A stretch of 32,000 nucleotides of DNA, from NCBI GenBank assembly GCA_035500135.1, contig DATJXL010000090.1, positions 647 to 32,646 of the forward strand, given 5' to 3'. How positions within the stretch are numbered: the first letter of the stretch is position 1; each line of letters begins with the position of its first letter. The DNA comes from Kofleriaceae bacterium (lineage in GTDB: Bacteria > Myxococcota_A > Polyangia > Haliangiales > Haliangiaceae). The translations under genes and the position numbers were made by a program. The notes under the pieces are model-generated. The model was not told the DNA's origin. It ran no database searches and saw only the letters and a program-made list of their open reading frames with translations. This document shows positions 1-9,923 of this stretch, in pieces.

Positions 1-663
1 CAGGTCGGCGACGAGTGGGTCCCGGCCGATCAGCTTCACTTCCTGCATGCGGAACCAGGCTCGGTCACGGTGCGCGCGCGTCACGACGGCTACCAGCCGG
101 GCGAGCAAACGGTCGTCGTCGCCGTCGGCCAGGCGCCGGCGGTGACGATCGCGCTCGCGCTGGTGCCGACGAAGCCGTTGATCGTCACCGTGCACGACGA
201 CATCCCGGCGCTCGAGCAGGCGGAAGGGCCGCGCTCGCGCTACGGCGGGTTCGTGATGGCGCACGTCAGCGTCGCGCCGAAATTCGGCAGCGCGTGGCTG
301 CTCGGCGGCACCGCGGATCTGACCGAGCAGCTCGCGATCGATGCCGCGTTCATCCTCGGGCCCGGCATCGTCAGCAACGGCATGACCGGCTATCCCGCAC
401 CGCCGCCGAAATTCGGCGGCTATGTCGGCGCGAGCTTCTCGTTCCTGTCGGGTCAGATGCGGCCGCGGGTCTCGGCGGGCATGCCGGTGTTCGCATCCGA
501 CGGTGCGCGCTTCTCGCTGCGCGCGGCCGGCGGTGTCGAGTATGTCGCGAACCGTCACATCTCGATCACGGCCGAGCTCGGCGTCGAAGAGAACCTGAAT
601 CCGCCGGGTGACATCCGGAAGGCCGCGTTCGTACCCGCGCTCGCGGCGATCGGCCGGCTCTGA
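1..663 (+). CDS. Envelope protein, C-terminal part (5' end outside the window). It has a PEGA-like segment followed by a Gly/Ala-rich segment that may be a beta-barrel.
   Basis: Frame 1 is open from base 1 (QVGDEWVPADQLHFLHAEPGSVTVRARHDGYQPGEQTVVVAV resembles a PEGA domain). High GC3. Stop TGA at 661-663. The C-terminus shows alternating hydrophobic/Gly patterns. Confidence 0.5.
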   Translation, partial: QVGDEWVPADQLHFLHAEPGSVTVRARHDGYQPGEQTVVVAVGQAPAVTIALALVPTKPLIVTVHDDIPALEQAEGPRSRYGGFVMAHVSVAPKFGSAWLLGGTADLTEQLAIDAAFILGPGIVSNGMTGYPAPPPKFGGYVGASFSFLSGQMRPRVSAGMPVFASDGARFSLRAAGGVEYVANRHISITAELGVEENLNPPGDIRKAAFVPALAAIGRL

Positions 664-665
664 GA

Positions 666-1496
666 TCAGTCGAGCACGCGCAGCTTGAAGTGCTCCGCGC
701 GCGGCGCCGGCGCCACGGCCGGCCGGATCTCGGGCGCGCGCTCGGCCCACGCCCGCGCGACCTCGCGATCGAGCAGATGCGTCGGGCGCACGTTGGCGAG
801 CGCGTTCGCCATCACGGCGCGCACGTGCGGGTTCGCGCGCTCGAGCTGGTCGAGCAGCGCGGTCATCGCGTCGCGCTGCAGGCCGTCCTGCGAGCCGCAC
901 AGGTTGCACGGGATGATCGGAAACGCACAGCTCGCCGCGAACGCCGCGATGTCCCGCTCGGCGCACTCGACGAGCGGGCGCACGACGTCGAAGCGGCCGT
1001 CGTCGGTGCGATAGCTTGCGGGCATCGCCTGCAGCTTGCCGCCGAACACCAGGTTCATGAGGAACGTCTCGAGCGAGTCGTCGCGATGATGGCCGAGCGC
1101 GAGCTTGTTGCAGCCGAGCCGCGCCGCCGCCGAATACAAGATTCCGCGGCGCAGCCGCGAGCACAGCGAGCAGTACGTCGCGCTCTCCGGAAGATGCGAC
1201 GTGACGACCGAGTACGTGTCCTCGCGGAGGATCTCGAACGGCCAGCCCGACGCCTCGAGGTACGCGCGCAGGCCGGTGCCGTCGTAGCCGGGCTGCGCCT
1301 GGTCGAGGTGGACGGCGACGAGCTCGACGCGAAACGGCAGCCGCGGCACGAGCCGGGTCAGCAGGTGAAACAGCGTGTAGCTGTCCTTGCCGCCCGACAT
1401 CGCGACGAGGATCCGGTCGCCTGCCGCGAGCAGCTCGTAGCGCTCGCAAGTCCGCTTGACCTGACGGTACAGCTTTGCCTCGGCGCGGGCGTCCAT
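666..1496 (-). CDS. ttcA: tRNA 2-thiocytidine biosynthesis protein TtcA (PP-loop ATPase)
   Basis: PP-loop SGGKDS motif (VAMSGGKDSYTL). It also has the CSLCSRLRRG and PCNLCGSQ cysteine motifs typical of TtcA. 276 aa. Confidence 0.9.
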   Translation of the reverse strand: MDARAEAKLYRQVKRTCERYELLAAGDRILVAMSGGKDSYTLFHLLTRLVPRLPFRVELVAVHLDQAQPGYDGTGLRAYLEASGWPFEILREDTYSVVTSHLPESATYCSLCSRLRRGILYSAAARLGCNKLALGHHRDDSLETFLMNLVFGGKLQAMPASYRTDDGRFDVVRPLVECAERDIAAFAASCAFPIIPCNLCGSQDGLQRDAMTALLDQLERANPHVRAVMANALANVRPTHLLDREVARAWAERAPEIRPAVAPAPRAEHFKLRVLD

Positions 1497-1544
1497 GGGC
1501 GAAGTGCTACACGATCCGCGGCGCGCGAGCTACCATCATCGCGA

Positions 1545-2486
1545 ATGAGGGCGGCCTGCGTCCTGACGCTCGCGGCGTGCGGATCGTCGTCGGTGGCCTC
1601 GCCGCCGATCGACGCCTACGTCGATCTCGACGCGCCCGCTCGTCCGGGCGCCGGACCGGGCGGCGGCCTGCTCGACACGCTCGACTTCGCGGTGATCGGC
1701 GACTGCCGACCGGCGAACCTCGACGACACGCCGAACTATCCGACCGCGGTCGCCACGCAGATCTTCGCCGACGTCCAGGCCGAGGTGCCGCAGCCGGCAT
1801 TCGCGGTCACGACCGGCGACTACATGTTCGCGTCGACCGGCGGCACCGAGGCCGCGCCCCAGCTCCAGCTCTACCTCGGCGCGCGCGCCGGCTACGCGAA
1901 CGCGGTCTATCCGGCGATGGGCAACCACGAGTGCACCGGCTACACCGACTCGAACTGCGGCCCCGGCGGCGCCGACGGCGATACCGAGAACTACCAGCAG
2001 TACCTGTCGCAGCTGGTCGCGCCGGTCGGCGAGACCAGGCCGTACTTCATCGAGCACTTCGCGGCGAGCGACGGCACCTGGAGCGCGAAGTTCGTGTTCA
2101 TCGCCGGCAATGCGTGGAACCAGTACCAGGCGGCGTGGCTCGACCTCGCGCTCGCCGAACCGTCGACCTACACGTTCGCGGTGCGCCACGAGCCGCACTA
2201 CTCGGAGACCGCGCCCGGCGTCGATCCGAGCACGCAGATCCTCGCGCGGCATCCGCTGACGATGCTGCTGACCGGTCACACGCACTCGTACGATCACGTG
2301 CAGGCGTACAAGGAGATCATCGTCGGCAACGGCGGCGCGCCGCTCAACAGCGGCTACGACTACGGTTACGTGATCATCGCGCTGCAGCCGGACGGCACGC
2401 TGCAGGTCACGTCGTACGACTACATGACGCACGCGACCGTCGACCAGTTCGCGATCAATCCCGATGGCAGCCTGGTCACGCCGTAG
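1545..2486 (+). CDS. Metallophosphoesterase-family lipoprotein
   Basis: ATG at 1545 gives MRAACVLTLAACGSS, a lipoprotein-type signal. Calcineurin-like phosphoesterase motifs are present: GDCRP, GDYMF, GNHECTGY, GHTHSYDH. The upstream part of the 690..2486 ORF is antisense to ttcA. Confidence 0.8.
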   Translation: MRAACVLTLAACGSSSVASPPIDAYVDLDAPARPGAGPGGGLLDTLDFAVIGDCRPANLDDTPNYPTAVATQIFADVQAEVPQPAFAVTTGDYMFASTGGTEAAPQLQLYLGARAGYANAVYPAMGNHECTGYTDSNCGPGGADGDTENYQQYLSQLVAPVGETRPYFIEHFAASDGTWSAKFVFIAGNAWNQYQAAWLDLALAEPSTYTFAVRHEPHYSETAPGVDPSTQILARHPLTMLLTGHTHSYDHVQAYKEIIVGNGGAPLNSGYDYGYVIIALQPDGTLQVTSYDYMTHATVDQFAINPDGSLVTP

Positions 2487-3039
2487 CCTCGCGGTGCTCG
2501 CGCCGGTCGCGTGCGTCGCGTGCGGCAAGCACGAGAGTGCGCGCGAGCAGGCACCGGCTCCGAAGCTCGCGCCCGATGTCGTACCGCGCACCGGCGTCGC
2601 GATCGCGGTCGACGGCGAGCTCAAGGAGCCGCCGTGGAACCATCGCTCGCTGCGTGCGGTGCTGACCGGCGACGACGGCCGAGAGGCGCACCCGTACTCC
2701 GAGCTGCGCATGCTCCACGACGACGCGACGCTGTATGTCGGGCTGTACGCCGCCGACGAGGACATCCGCACGACCGACGCGTGGACGCTGACGCTCGGCC
2801 CGCGCGTCATCCACGTCGATGCCGCCGGTCGCGCCGACGCGCCCGACGTGCGCGCCGCGGTCGATCGCGACGGCACGCTCGATCAGCCGGGCGATTACGA
2901 CGAGGAATGGGTGATCGAGCTCGCGATCCCGTTGCCCGCGGGGGCGACCTCGTTCGATGCCGCCGCCGAGCGCTGCGACACGCCGAAGGACGGCAAGACG
3001 AGGTGCGGCCGGTGGCACGCTCGGGTCGGGCTAGAGTAG
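2464..3039 (+). CDS. Putative lipoprotein with a carbohydrate-binding-family-9/DOMON-like domain
   Basis: N-terminus MAAWSRRSLAVLAPVACVACG is signal-like. The VDGELKEPPWN motif resembles CBM9-type domains. It overlaps the upstream gene by 23 nt. High GC3. Confidence 0.55.
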   Translation: MAAWSRRSLAVLAPVACVACGKHESAREQAPAPKLAPDVVPRTGVAIAVDGELKEPPWNHRSLRAVLTGDDGREAHPYSELRMLHDDATLYVGLYAADEDIRTTDAWTLTLGPRVIHVDAAGRADAPDVRAAVDRDGTLDQPGDYDEEWVIELAIPLPAGATSFDAAAERCDTPKDGKTRCGRWHARVGLE

Positions 3040-3045
3040 CGAGCG

Positions 3046-3597
3046 ATGTCGGATCTGGCCTGGACGCTCGGCGCGCGGATGCCCGCGCACGATTACCGCA
3101 TCTTTCGCACCGCGTTCGTCGACGGCGAGCACCCGCGCGTCGGCAAGAAGCGCTTCAGCGTGATCGAGTGCGTCGACTGGGTGAACGTGATCGCGCTGAC
3201 CGCGGACGAGCGCGTCGTGCTCGTCCGCCAGTTTCGCGTCGGCACCGGCGAGCTGTGCCTCGAGATTCCGGGCGGCATGGTCGATCCGGGCGAGGACGCG
3301 CTCGCCGCCGCGCGCCGCGAGCTGCGCGAGGAGACCGGTTACGACGGCGGAAGCTGGCAGCTGATCGGGCGCGTCCGCCCGAACCCGGCGATCCAGAACA
3401 ACACGCTCTACACCGCGCTCGCCGAGGGCGTGGTCGCGACCGGCGGCCAGGAGCTCGACGGCAGCGAGGTCATCGACGTCGAGACCGCGACGCTCGCCGA
3501 GATCCGCGAGAAGCTCGTCGCCGGCACGATCGATCACGCGCTCGTCGTCGCCGCGTTCGGCCACCTCGCGTTTCGCTCCGGGCCGCTGTCGCGATAG
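3046..3597 (+). CDS. NUDIX hydrolase (ADP-ribose pyrophosphatase-like)
   Basis: Nudix box GGMVDPGEDALAAARRELREETGY. 183 aa. Confidence 0.85.
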   Translation: MSDLAWTLGARMPAHDYRIFRTAFVDGEHPRVGKKRFSVIECVDWVNVIALTADERVVLVRQFRVGTGELCLEIPGGMVDPGEDALAAARRELREETGYDGGSWQLIGRVRPNPAIQNNTLYTALAEGVVATGGQELDGSEVIDVETATLAEIREKLVAGTIDHALVVAAFGHLAFRSGPLSR

Positions 3598-3635
3598 CAT
3601 CGGCTGGCGCCGACCCCAAGAAGTACGGCGCGTCG

Positions 3636-3755
3636 ATGAAGCAGATCGGCATTCCCGACGACCGGCTGGCGAAGTGCACGAACGACTACGCGGCCCGCTA
3701 CAAGGCATGCAACGAGCTGCTCGAGCCGTTCCGGAGGCTGCCGGCCAAGAAATAG
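3636..3755 (+). CDS. Possible small ORF (39 aa, two Cys). It may be a remnant.
   Basis: ATG at 3636 and stop at 3753-3755. GC3 is high over all 39 codons (MKQIGIPDDRLAKCTNDYAARYKACNELLEPFRRLPAKK). No clear SD and no homology recognised. Confidence 0.25.
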   Translation: MKQIGIPDDRLAKCTNDYAARYKACNELLEPFRRLPAKK

Positions 3756-3783
3756 CGCTCGCGCCGTGGCATGCTGCGCGCCT

Positions 3784-4013
3784 ATGCCGCCCAAGACCGC
3801 GTGCCCCGTTTCGCTCACGCAGTTTCTCGAGAAGGCCGAGCCGCTCAAGGTCGTGATCAACGGCCAGGAGATGCTCGCCGAGGTGAAGCAGTTCTCGACC
3901 GGCAGCTTCGGCTGGTACATGAACGGCAAGACCGTGGTCGCCATCGACGGCAAGGCGATCTCGGTGCAGATCGGCATGAACCTGACCGTGGTCGGTAGTA
4001 AGGAAGCCGCGCG

Positions 4014-4017
<4 letters not shown>
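3784..4017 (+). CDS. Small hypothetical protein (77 aa), translationally coupled to asnS
   Basis: ATG at 3784 ([49 protein letters not shown]...). Very high GC3. Its TGA stop (4015-4017) overlaps the asnS GTG start (4014) as GTGA. Confidence 0.6.
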
Positions 4018-5420
<1,403 letters not shown>

Positions 5421-5434
5421 TCACGCGCGAGCTG

Positions 5435-5971
5435 GTGCTCGCGGTCGAGGCGGCCTACGCGGCTGCCGCAGGGCGGCCCACGCCGACCGGGAAGCTCGGC
5501 GAGCTCGGTGCTGGACTGGCGTGCGCGGCCGCGGTCGCGTCGCGCTACCTCGCGGTCGGCACGCCGCGCAGCTTCGCGATCGTCGGAGACGGCCCGGGCG
5601 CGCGCGACGTGCTCGCGGCGCATCGCGCGTGGTTCGCGCCACTCGACATCCGCGTCGCGCGCGCGCCGCGCGCCGTGGCGCGCACGCGCACGGTCGAGCT
5701 CGGCGAAGCGCTCGCCGCCGACATCGTCTGCGTGTGCGAGCCGCTGCGAATCGCGGCATCGGAGCTGCGCCGAGGCACCCACGTCAACGCGCTCGCGGCC
5801 GTCGAGCTCGACGACGATCTGCGGACGCTCGCGACGATCGTCGACGAGCTGCGCGGCCTGCCCGCGCTCGCGGCCGGCCTCGTCGACGGCCGTCAGCTCG
5901 ACGAGCTCACCGTGTTTCTCGCAGGAGAAGCGGCGATCGCCCGGCACGTGCTCTGCACGTACAGCGATTAG
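5435..5971 (+). CDS. Short ornithine cyclodeaminase/mu-crystallin-like protein (only the Rossmann/C-terminal part is present)
   Basis: FAIVGDGPGARDVLAAH (G-x-G-x-x-A-like), ADIVCVCEP, GTHVNALAA and LDELTVFLAGEAAIA follow the order of motifs in the C-terminal two-thirds of OCD family proteins. The start is uncertain (GTG 5435, or CTG 5417). The frame upstream lies inside asnS. Confidence 0.45.
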   Translation: MLAVEAAYAAAAGRPTPTGKLGELGAGLACAAAVASRYLAVGTPRSFAIVGDGPGARDVLAAHRAWFAPLDIRVARAPRAVARTRTVELGEALAADIVCVCEPLRIAASELRRGTHVNALAAVELDDDLRTLATIVDELRGLPALAAGLVDGRQLDELTVFLAGEAAIARHVLCTYSD

Positions 5972-6014
5972 CCGGCACCGTAGCCGGCCGAGGGTCGATC
6001 GAAAGGAGGGTCCC

Positions 6015-6770
6015 ATGGGCTACGTGAGGACCGGAGACAACAACAGGCAGAACAACGAGCCCGAGACGTTGTATCGCGCCCCCGACGAGATCATTTCCGA
6101 CACTCGCGGGGCAGCGCAGGCGGCGTTCGAGCAACGCGCACAGCAGACGACGGAGCGCGTCTTCACCGGCGGTACCTCGCTCGAGGTGATAGGCGGCGCG
6201 GCCGCAGTCGTGCTCGCGATCATAGGCATCTCGTCGTACATGCCGCTCGCGATGTGCGCGATCGCGACGATCGCGATCGGATGCGCCCTGCTCTCGCACG
6301 GCGGCTCGATCGCGGCGCGCTGGAATCACGCGCTGGCGCGAATCGAGCGCGACCGCGGCGAACGCGCGGAGCTGGCCAGTGGCGTCGGCACCGAGGTGTT
6401 CGCCGGCGCGGCCGGGATCGTGCTCGGCGTGCTCGCGCTCGCGCACGTGTTACCGCACGTGATGCTACCCGTCGCGGCGATCTTGTTCGGTGGCTCGCTC
6501 TTGCTCGGCGGCTCGGCGAGCGCCGAGCTCGAGAAGCTCGCGCCCGAGCGCGGCACCGGACGCGCCGCGCGCGTGACACATCAAGCGATCCAGGCGTCGG
6601 GTGGGGTGATGGTGCTCGTCGGCATCGCGGCAGCGGTGCTCGGCATCCTCGGGCTCATCCACGTCGGGCCGTACTTGACGCTGTCGCTGATCGCGATGCT
6701 GTGCGTCGGCGCGGCGCTCGTGTTCTCGGGCAGCTCGCTCGCTGCTCGCTTCGTGCACCGGATGGCGTGA
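6015..6770 (+). CDS. Integral membrane protein with three internal ~70-aa repeats
   Basis: A GGAGGG SD at 6005-6010 lies 4 nt before ATG 6015. A polar N-terminus is followed by three similar hydrophobic hairpin units (..EV.GGAAAVVLAIIGI.., ..EVFAGAAGIVLGVLAL.., ..GGVMVLVGIAAAVLGILGL..). Confidence 0.7.
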   Translation: MGYVRTGDNNRQNNEPETLYRAPDEIISDTRGAAQAAFEQRAQQTTERVFTGGTSLEVIGGAAAVVLAIIGISSYMPLAMCAIATIAIGCALLSHGGSIAARWNHALARIERDRGERAELASGVGTEVFAGAAGIVLGVLALAHVLPHVMLPVAAILFGGSLLLGGSASAELEKLAPERGTGRAARVTHQAIQASGGVMVLVGIAAAVLGILGLIHVGPYLTLSLIAMLCVGAALVFSGSSLAARFVHRMA

Positions 6771-6792
6771 ACGTGAGAGTACACTGCGTCGC

Positions 6793-7968
6793 GTGAGCGA
6801 ACGCGACGTGGACGTCGTCGTCGTCGGCGGCGGGCCGGCCGGCCTGTCGACCGCGCTTCACCTGCAGGCGGCGGCTCCGCACGCGCGGCTCGTCGTGCTC
6901 GAGGCCGAGCGCTATCCGCGCGAGAAGATCTGCGCCGGCGGCCTCGGCGCGCGCGGGCTGCGCGTGCTCGAGCGGATCGGCGTCGCGGTCGACGTGCCGA
7001 TGGTGCGTCTCGACGCGATCGCGGTGCACGTCGCGGGCGAGACCGTGGTGACGCGCTCGCCCGGGCTCGGCGTGGTCGTGCGCCGGGTCGAGTTCGATCA
7101 CGCGCTCGCGCAGCACGCGATCGCGCGCGGCATCGCCGTGCGAGACGGCTGCACGGTCACCGCGCTGCGCGTCAACGACGATCATGTCGAGCTCGACACC
7201 GCGAGCGGCGAGACCTGGCGCGCCCGCGCGGTGGTCGGAGCCGACGGTGTCGCCGGCATCGTGCGGCGCGCGGGCGGCTTTCCGCGCGGCGAGCTGCGCG
7301 CCCAGGTCGTCGAGCTCGACACCGAGGCCGCGCCCGCCGACCTGCCGCGCGACACGATCGCATTCGATTTCACCGCGCGCGACCTCCATGGCTACGCCTG
7401 GGACTTCCCGACGCTCGTGCACGGCGAGCCGCTCGTGTGCCGTGGCGTCTACGTGCTGCATCGTCTCGGCTCCGATTCACCCCGCGCGCGGGTCGATCGC
7501 TACCTCGCGGCGCGCGGGCTATCGCTCGCGCGCTATCGCCTCAAGCAGTTCGCCGAGCGCGGCTTCGAGCCCGGCGCGCCGATCGGCAAGCCGCGCGTGT
7601 TGCTCGTCGGCGAGGCCGCCGGCATCGACATCGCGACCGGCGAAGGCATCGCGCAGGCGATCGAGTATGGCGCGCTCGCCGGGCCGTACCTCGCACGCGC
7701 GCTCGCCCGCGACGACCTCGGCTTCGCGAGCTGGCGCCGCCACGTCGACGTCCACCACGTGGGCTGGCAGCTGCGCGTGCGCCACGCCTGCTATCGCATC
7801 TTCTACAGCCGCCGCCGCGCGAAGGTCGAGCGCATGCTGCCGGCGATGACCGCGCTGTTCCGCGTCGGCGTGCAGGACTTCGCCGGCCTGCCGCTGTCGA
7901 AGCTCGCGATCGCCCGCGGAGCCGCGCAGTTCGTCCGCGCGTACATCCGGGAGAACGCGCGCGACTAG
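6793..7968 (+). CDS. FAD-dependent oxidoreductase (geranylgeranyl reductase / aromatic-ring hydroxylase family)
   Basis: N-terminal dinucleotide fold VDVVVVGGGPAGLSTALHL, and later VGADGVAGIVRR and LLVGEAAGIDIATGEGI motifs. GTG start. Confidence 0.8.
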   Translation: MSERDVDVVVVGGGPAGLSTALHLQAAAPHARLVVLEAERYPREKICAGGLGARGLRVLERIGVAVDVPMVRLDAIAVHVAGETVVTRSPGLGVVVRRVEFDHALAQHAIARGIAVRDGCTVTALRVNDDHVELDTASGETWRARAVVGADGVAGIVRRAGGFPRGELRAQVVELDTEAAPADLPRDTIAFDFTARDLHGYAWDFPTLVHGEPLVCRGVYVLHRLGSDSPRARVDRYLAARGLSLARYRLKQFAERGFEPGAPIGKPRVLLVGEAAGIDIATGEGIAQAIEYGALAGPYLARALARDDLGFASWRRHVDVHHVGWQLRVRHACYRIFYSRRRAKVERMLPAMTALFRVGVQDFAGLPLSKLAIARGAAQFVRAYIRENARD

Positions 7969-9416
7969 CTGCGACGACGCCGCGCGATCAGGAAGCCGAG
8001 CGCGAGCACCATCGCGAATCCGGCGCTGCCGCCGCCGGCGGCGCAACCGCCGACGACGTCGTTGCCGCCGTCCTCGGAGATGCCGCCGCCATTGGTCCCG
8101 CTGCCCTCGCCGCTCCCGCCGGTGCCGGATCCGGAGCCCGAGCCCGAGCCCGAGCCGGTGCCGGTCGTCACGTTGAGCGCCGCGAGCGCGGTCGCGTTCG
8201 GCGTGCCGTAGCCGGTCGGGCCGTCCCAGCCGGTGCCCGCGTTGCACAGGACGTTGCCGCAGTTGCCGTTCGATCCGCTCGTCACGTCGTTGAAGATCGA
8301 CGCGTGCTGCATCACGTACGAGCCCGAGGTCTGCGCGCCGTTGCCGGTCGCCGCCCAGATCGCCGCGACGAGCGGGCTCGCCGCGCTCGTGCCGCCGACG
8401 ACCGTCCAGCCGCCGTTGTTGTAGACCGCGACGCCGGTCTGCGGATCCGCGACGGCCGCGATGTCGGTCGTCGCCTTGTACGTGCACGACGTGCTGGTCT
8501 GATACGACGGCTTCGGGACGCTCAGGCTGCACGCGCTGCCGCCGCTCGTCCACGCCGTCTCGGTCCAGCCGCGCGTGTTCGCGCTCTTCTGCAGATTCGT
8601 CCCGCCGACCGCGATCGCGTACTGCGACGTCGCCGGATAATCCGGGCCCTGGCCGCCATCGTCGTAGCCATCGTCGCCGGCCGACACGAACACCGCGACG
8701 CCGGCGTGGTTGAAGTAGGTCTCGTAGGCCGAGACCGAGCTACCGGATTGCTCGGGGCCGCCCCAGCTGTTGCTGACGACGGTCGCGCCGAGCGTCGACG
8801 GCACGTCGTTCGCGACGAACAGGCCGCTGCCTTGATCGTCGGTCGCCTGGACGACGACGATCTTGCAGCTCGGGCACGCGGCGCTGACCATGTCGACGTC
8901 GAGCGCGGTCTCGATCGTCCAGTCGTCACCCGACGGCGGCGGGCCAGGCAGCGGCGTGGTCTGGCCGCTCTGGTTCACGATCTTCAGGCAGCCGTTCGCC
9001 GTCGTGCATGCCGGCAGGCCGTATTGCGCGCGATACGCCGCGAGATCCGACTCGAGGCTCGCGTAGCCATATGCGTCGACCACCGCGACGGTCGGCGTCG
9101 TGGTCGGCACGACATGCGCCGCATCGATCCCGTAGGCCGATTGCAGATCGGCCGGGCCCCAGCCTTGCGGCGCCGCGTACGCCTTGACGTGGCCATCCTC
9201 GGTCGCGTGCACGTGCGCGAAGCAGCGCAGCGCGCCGCCGCCGCAGACCGCGCCGGTCGGAACGTCGGTAACGTGGCGTACCGGATCGAGCCGCGAGAGG
9301 TGCACCGGCGAGTCCGCACGAGCTGAGGACCCAAGCCCCAGCACGAGCCCCACCGCGAGCGGCGCAACCTGGCGAAACCCAGCGAACGTTCGGTGCAAGC
9401 GGCTGTTCGAACGCAT
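7965..9416 (-). CDS. Secreted sedolisin-like (S53) serine peptidase with Gly/Ser linker and MYXO-CTERM-like sorting tail
   Basis: Signal peptide (VAPLAVGLVLGLGSSARA). S53-like motifs: ETALDVDM, SNSWGG, SAGDDGYDD, GGTSAASP. A GTGSGSGSGSGSGTGGSGEGSG linker follows. The C-terminus GGCAAGGGSAGFAMVLALGFLIARRRRS is a Cys, a hydrophobic helix and an Arg cluster. Confidence 0.85.
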   Translation of the reverse strand: MRSNSRLHRTFAGFRQVAPLAVGLVLGLGSSARADSPVHLSRLDPVRHVTDVPTGAVCGGGALRCFAHVHATEDGHVKAYAAPQGWGPADLQSAYGIDAAHVVPTTTPTVAVVDAYGYASLESDLAAYRAQYGLPACTTANGCLKIVNQSGQTTPLPGPPPSGDDWTIETALDVDMVSAACPSCKIVVVQATDDQGSGLFVANDVPSTLGATVVSNSWGGPEQSGSSVSAYETYFNHAGVAVFVSAGDDGYDDGGQGPDYPATSQYAIAVGGTNLQKSANTRGWTETAWTSGGSACSLSVPKPSYQTSTSCTYKATTDIAAVADPQTGVAVYNNGGWTVVGGTSAASPLVAAIWAATGNGAQTSGSYVMQHASIFNDVTSGSNGNCGNVLCNAGTGWDGPTGYGTPNATALAALNVTTGTGSGSGSGSGSGTGGSGEGSGTNGGGISEDGGNDVVGGCAAGGGSAGFAMVLALGFLIARRRRS

Positions 9417-9510
9417 GTGACCGCGACGTAACTCATGATGTGTGCCAATCCCCTACGCGGATCGGCTTCACGAGTTGCGCAAAGGGCTGCGCGATTCGCC
9501 GGATAGCACG

Positions 9511-9894
9511 TCACTCGGCTGTGCGGTCGTACTGCATCGCCCCGAACAGGTTGCCTTCGGGATCCTGGAAGAACATGAGCGTGCCGACTCCGACGATCAC
9601 CGAGCGCTCGAGCAGCACCTTCCCGCCCGCCGCCTTCACCGCGGCTTCGGTCTTGTCGATCGACGGCACGCCGATCGTGCACTCGAATCCGACCGTGCGC
9701 TGGCCCGGGACGAGCTGGCGCCGGCCCTGGAGCGCGCCGAGCACGGGCGAGTCCTTCGACTCGATCATGTAGAAGCCGGGCGGGCCCCACGCGTTGAACT
9801 TCCAGCCGAACACCTTCTCGTAGAAGCCGCGCGCGCGTTCGACGTCGTCCGCGTTGATCGCGAAGTGAGCGAGCGTGTTGTTGTTGGTCATCAT
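9511..9894 (-). CDS. VOC (glyoxalase/bleomycin-resistance/dioxygenase) family protein
   Basis: 127 aa. FAINADDVERARGFYEKVFGW..., then a second beta-alpha-beta-beta-beta half ending FFQDPEGNLFG, which is typical of VOC fold proteins. Confidence 0.8.
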   Translation of the reverse strand: MMTNNNTLAHFAINADDVERARGFYEKVFGWKFNAWGPPGFYMIESKDSPVLGALQGRRQLVPGQRTVGFECTIGVPSIDKTEAAVKAAGGKVLLERSVIVGVGTLMFFQDPEGNLFGAMQYDRTAE

Positions 9895-9923
9895 GCGCGC
9901 AACCTAGCGGTTTCGGCCGTGGC

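Noticed and set aside
5971-5988. GCCGGC-accgta-GCCGGC hairpin after the OCD-like ORF, as an intrinsic terminator
   Set aside because: It has no U-tract and the stem is only 6 bp, which is common by chance at this GC content. The next gene's SD follows within 20 nt.
8134-8157. GAGCCC hexanucleotide repeat
   Set aside because: It is simply the DNA encoding the GSGSGS linker of the S53 peptidase on the minus strand, not an independent element. It is mentioned only as a possible slippage site.
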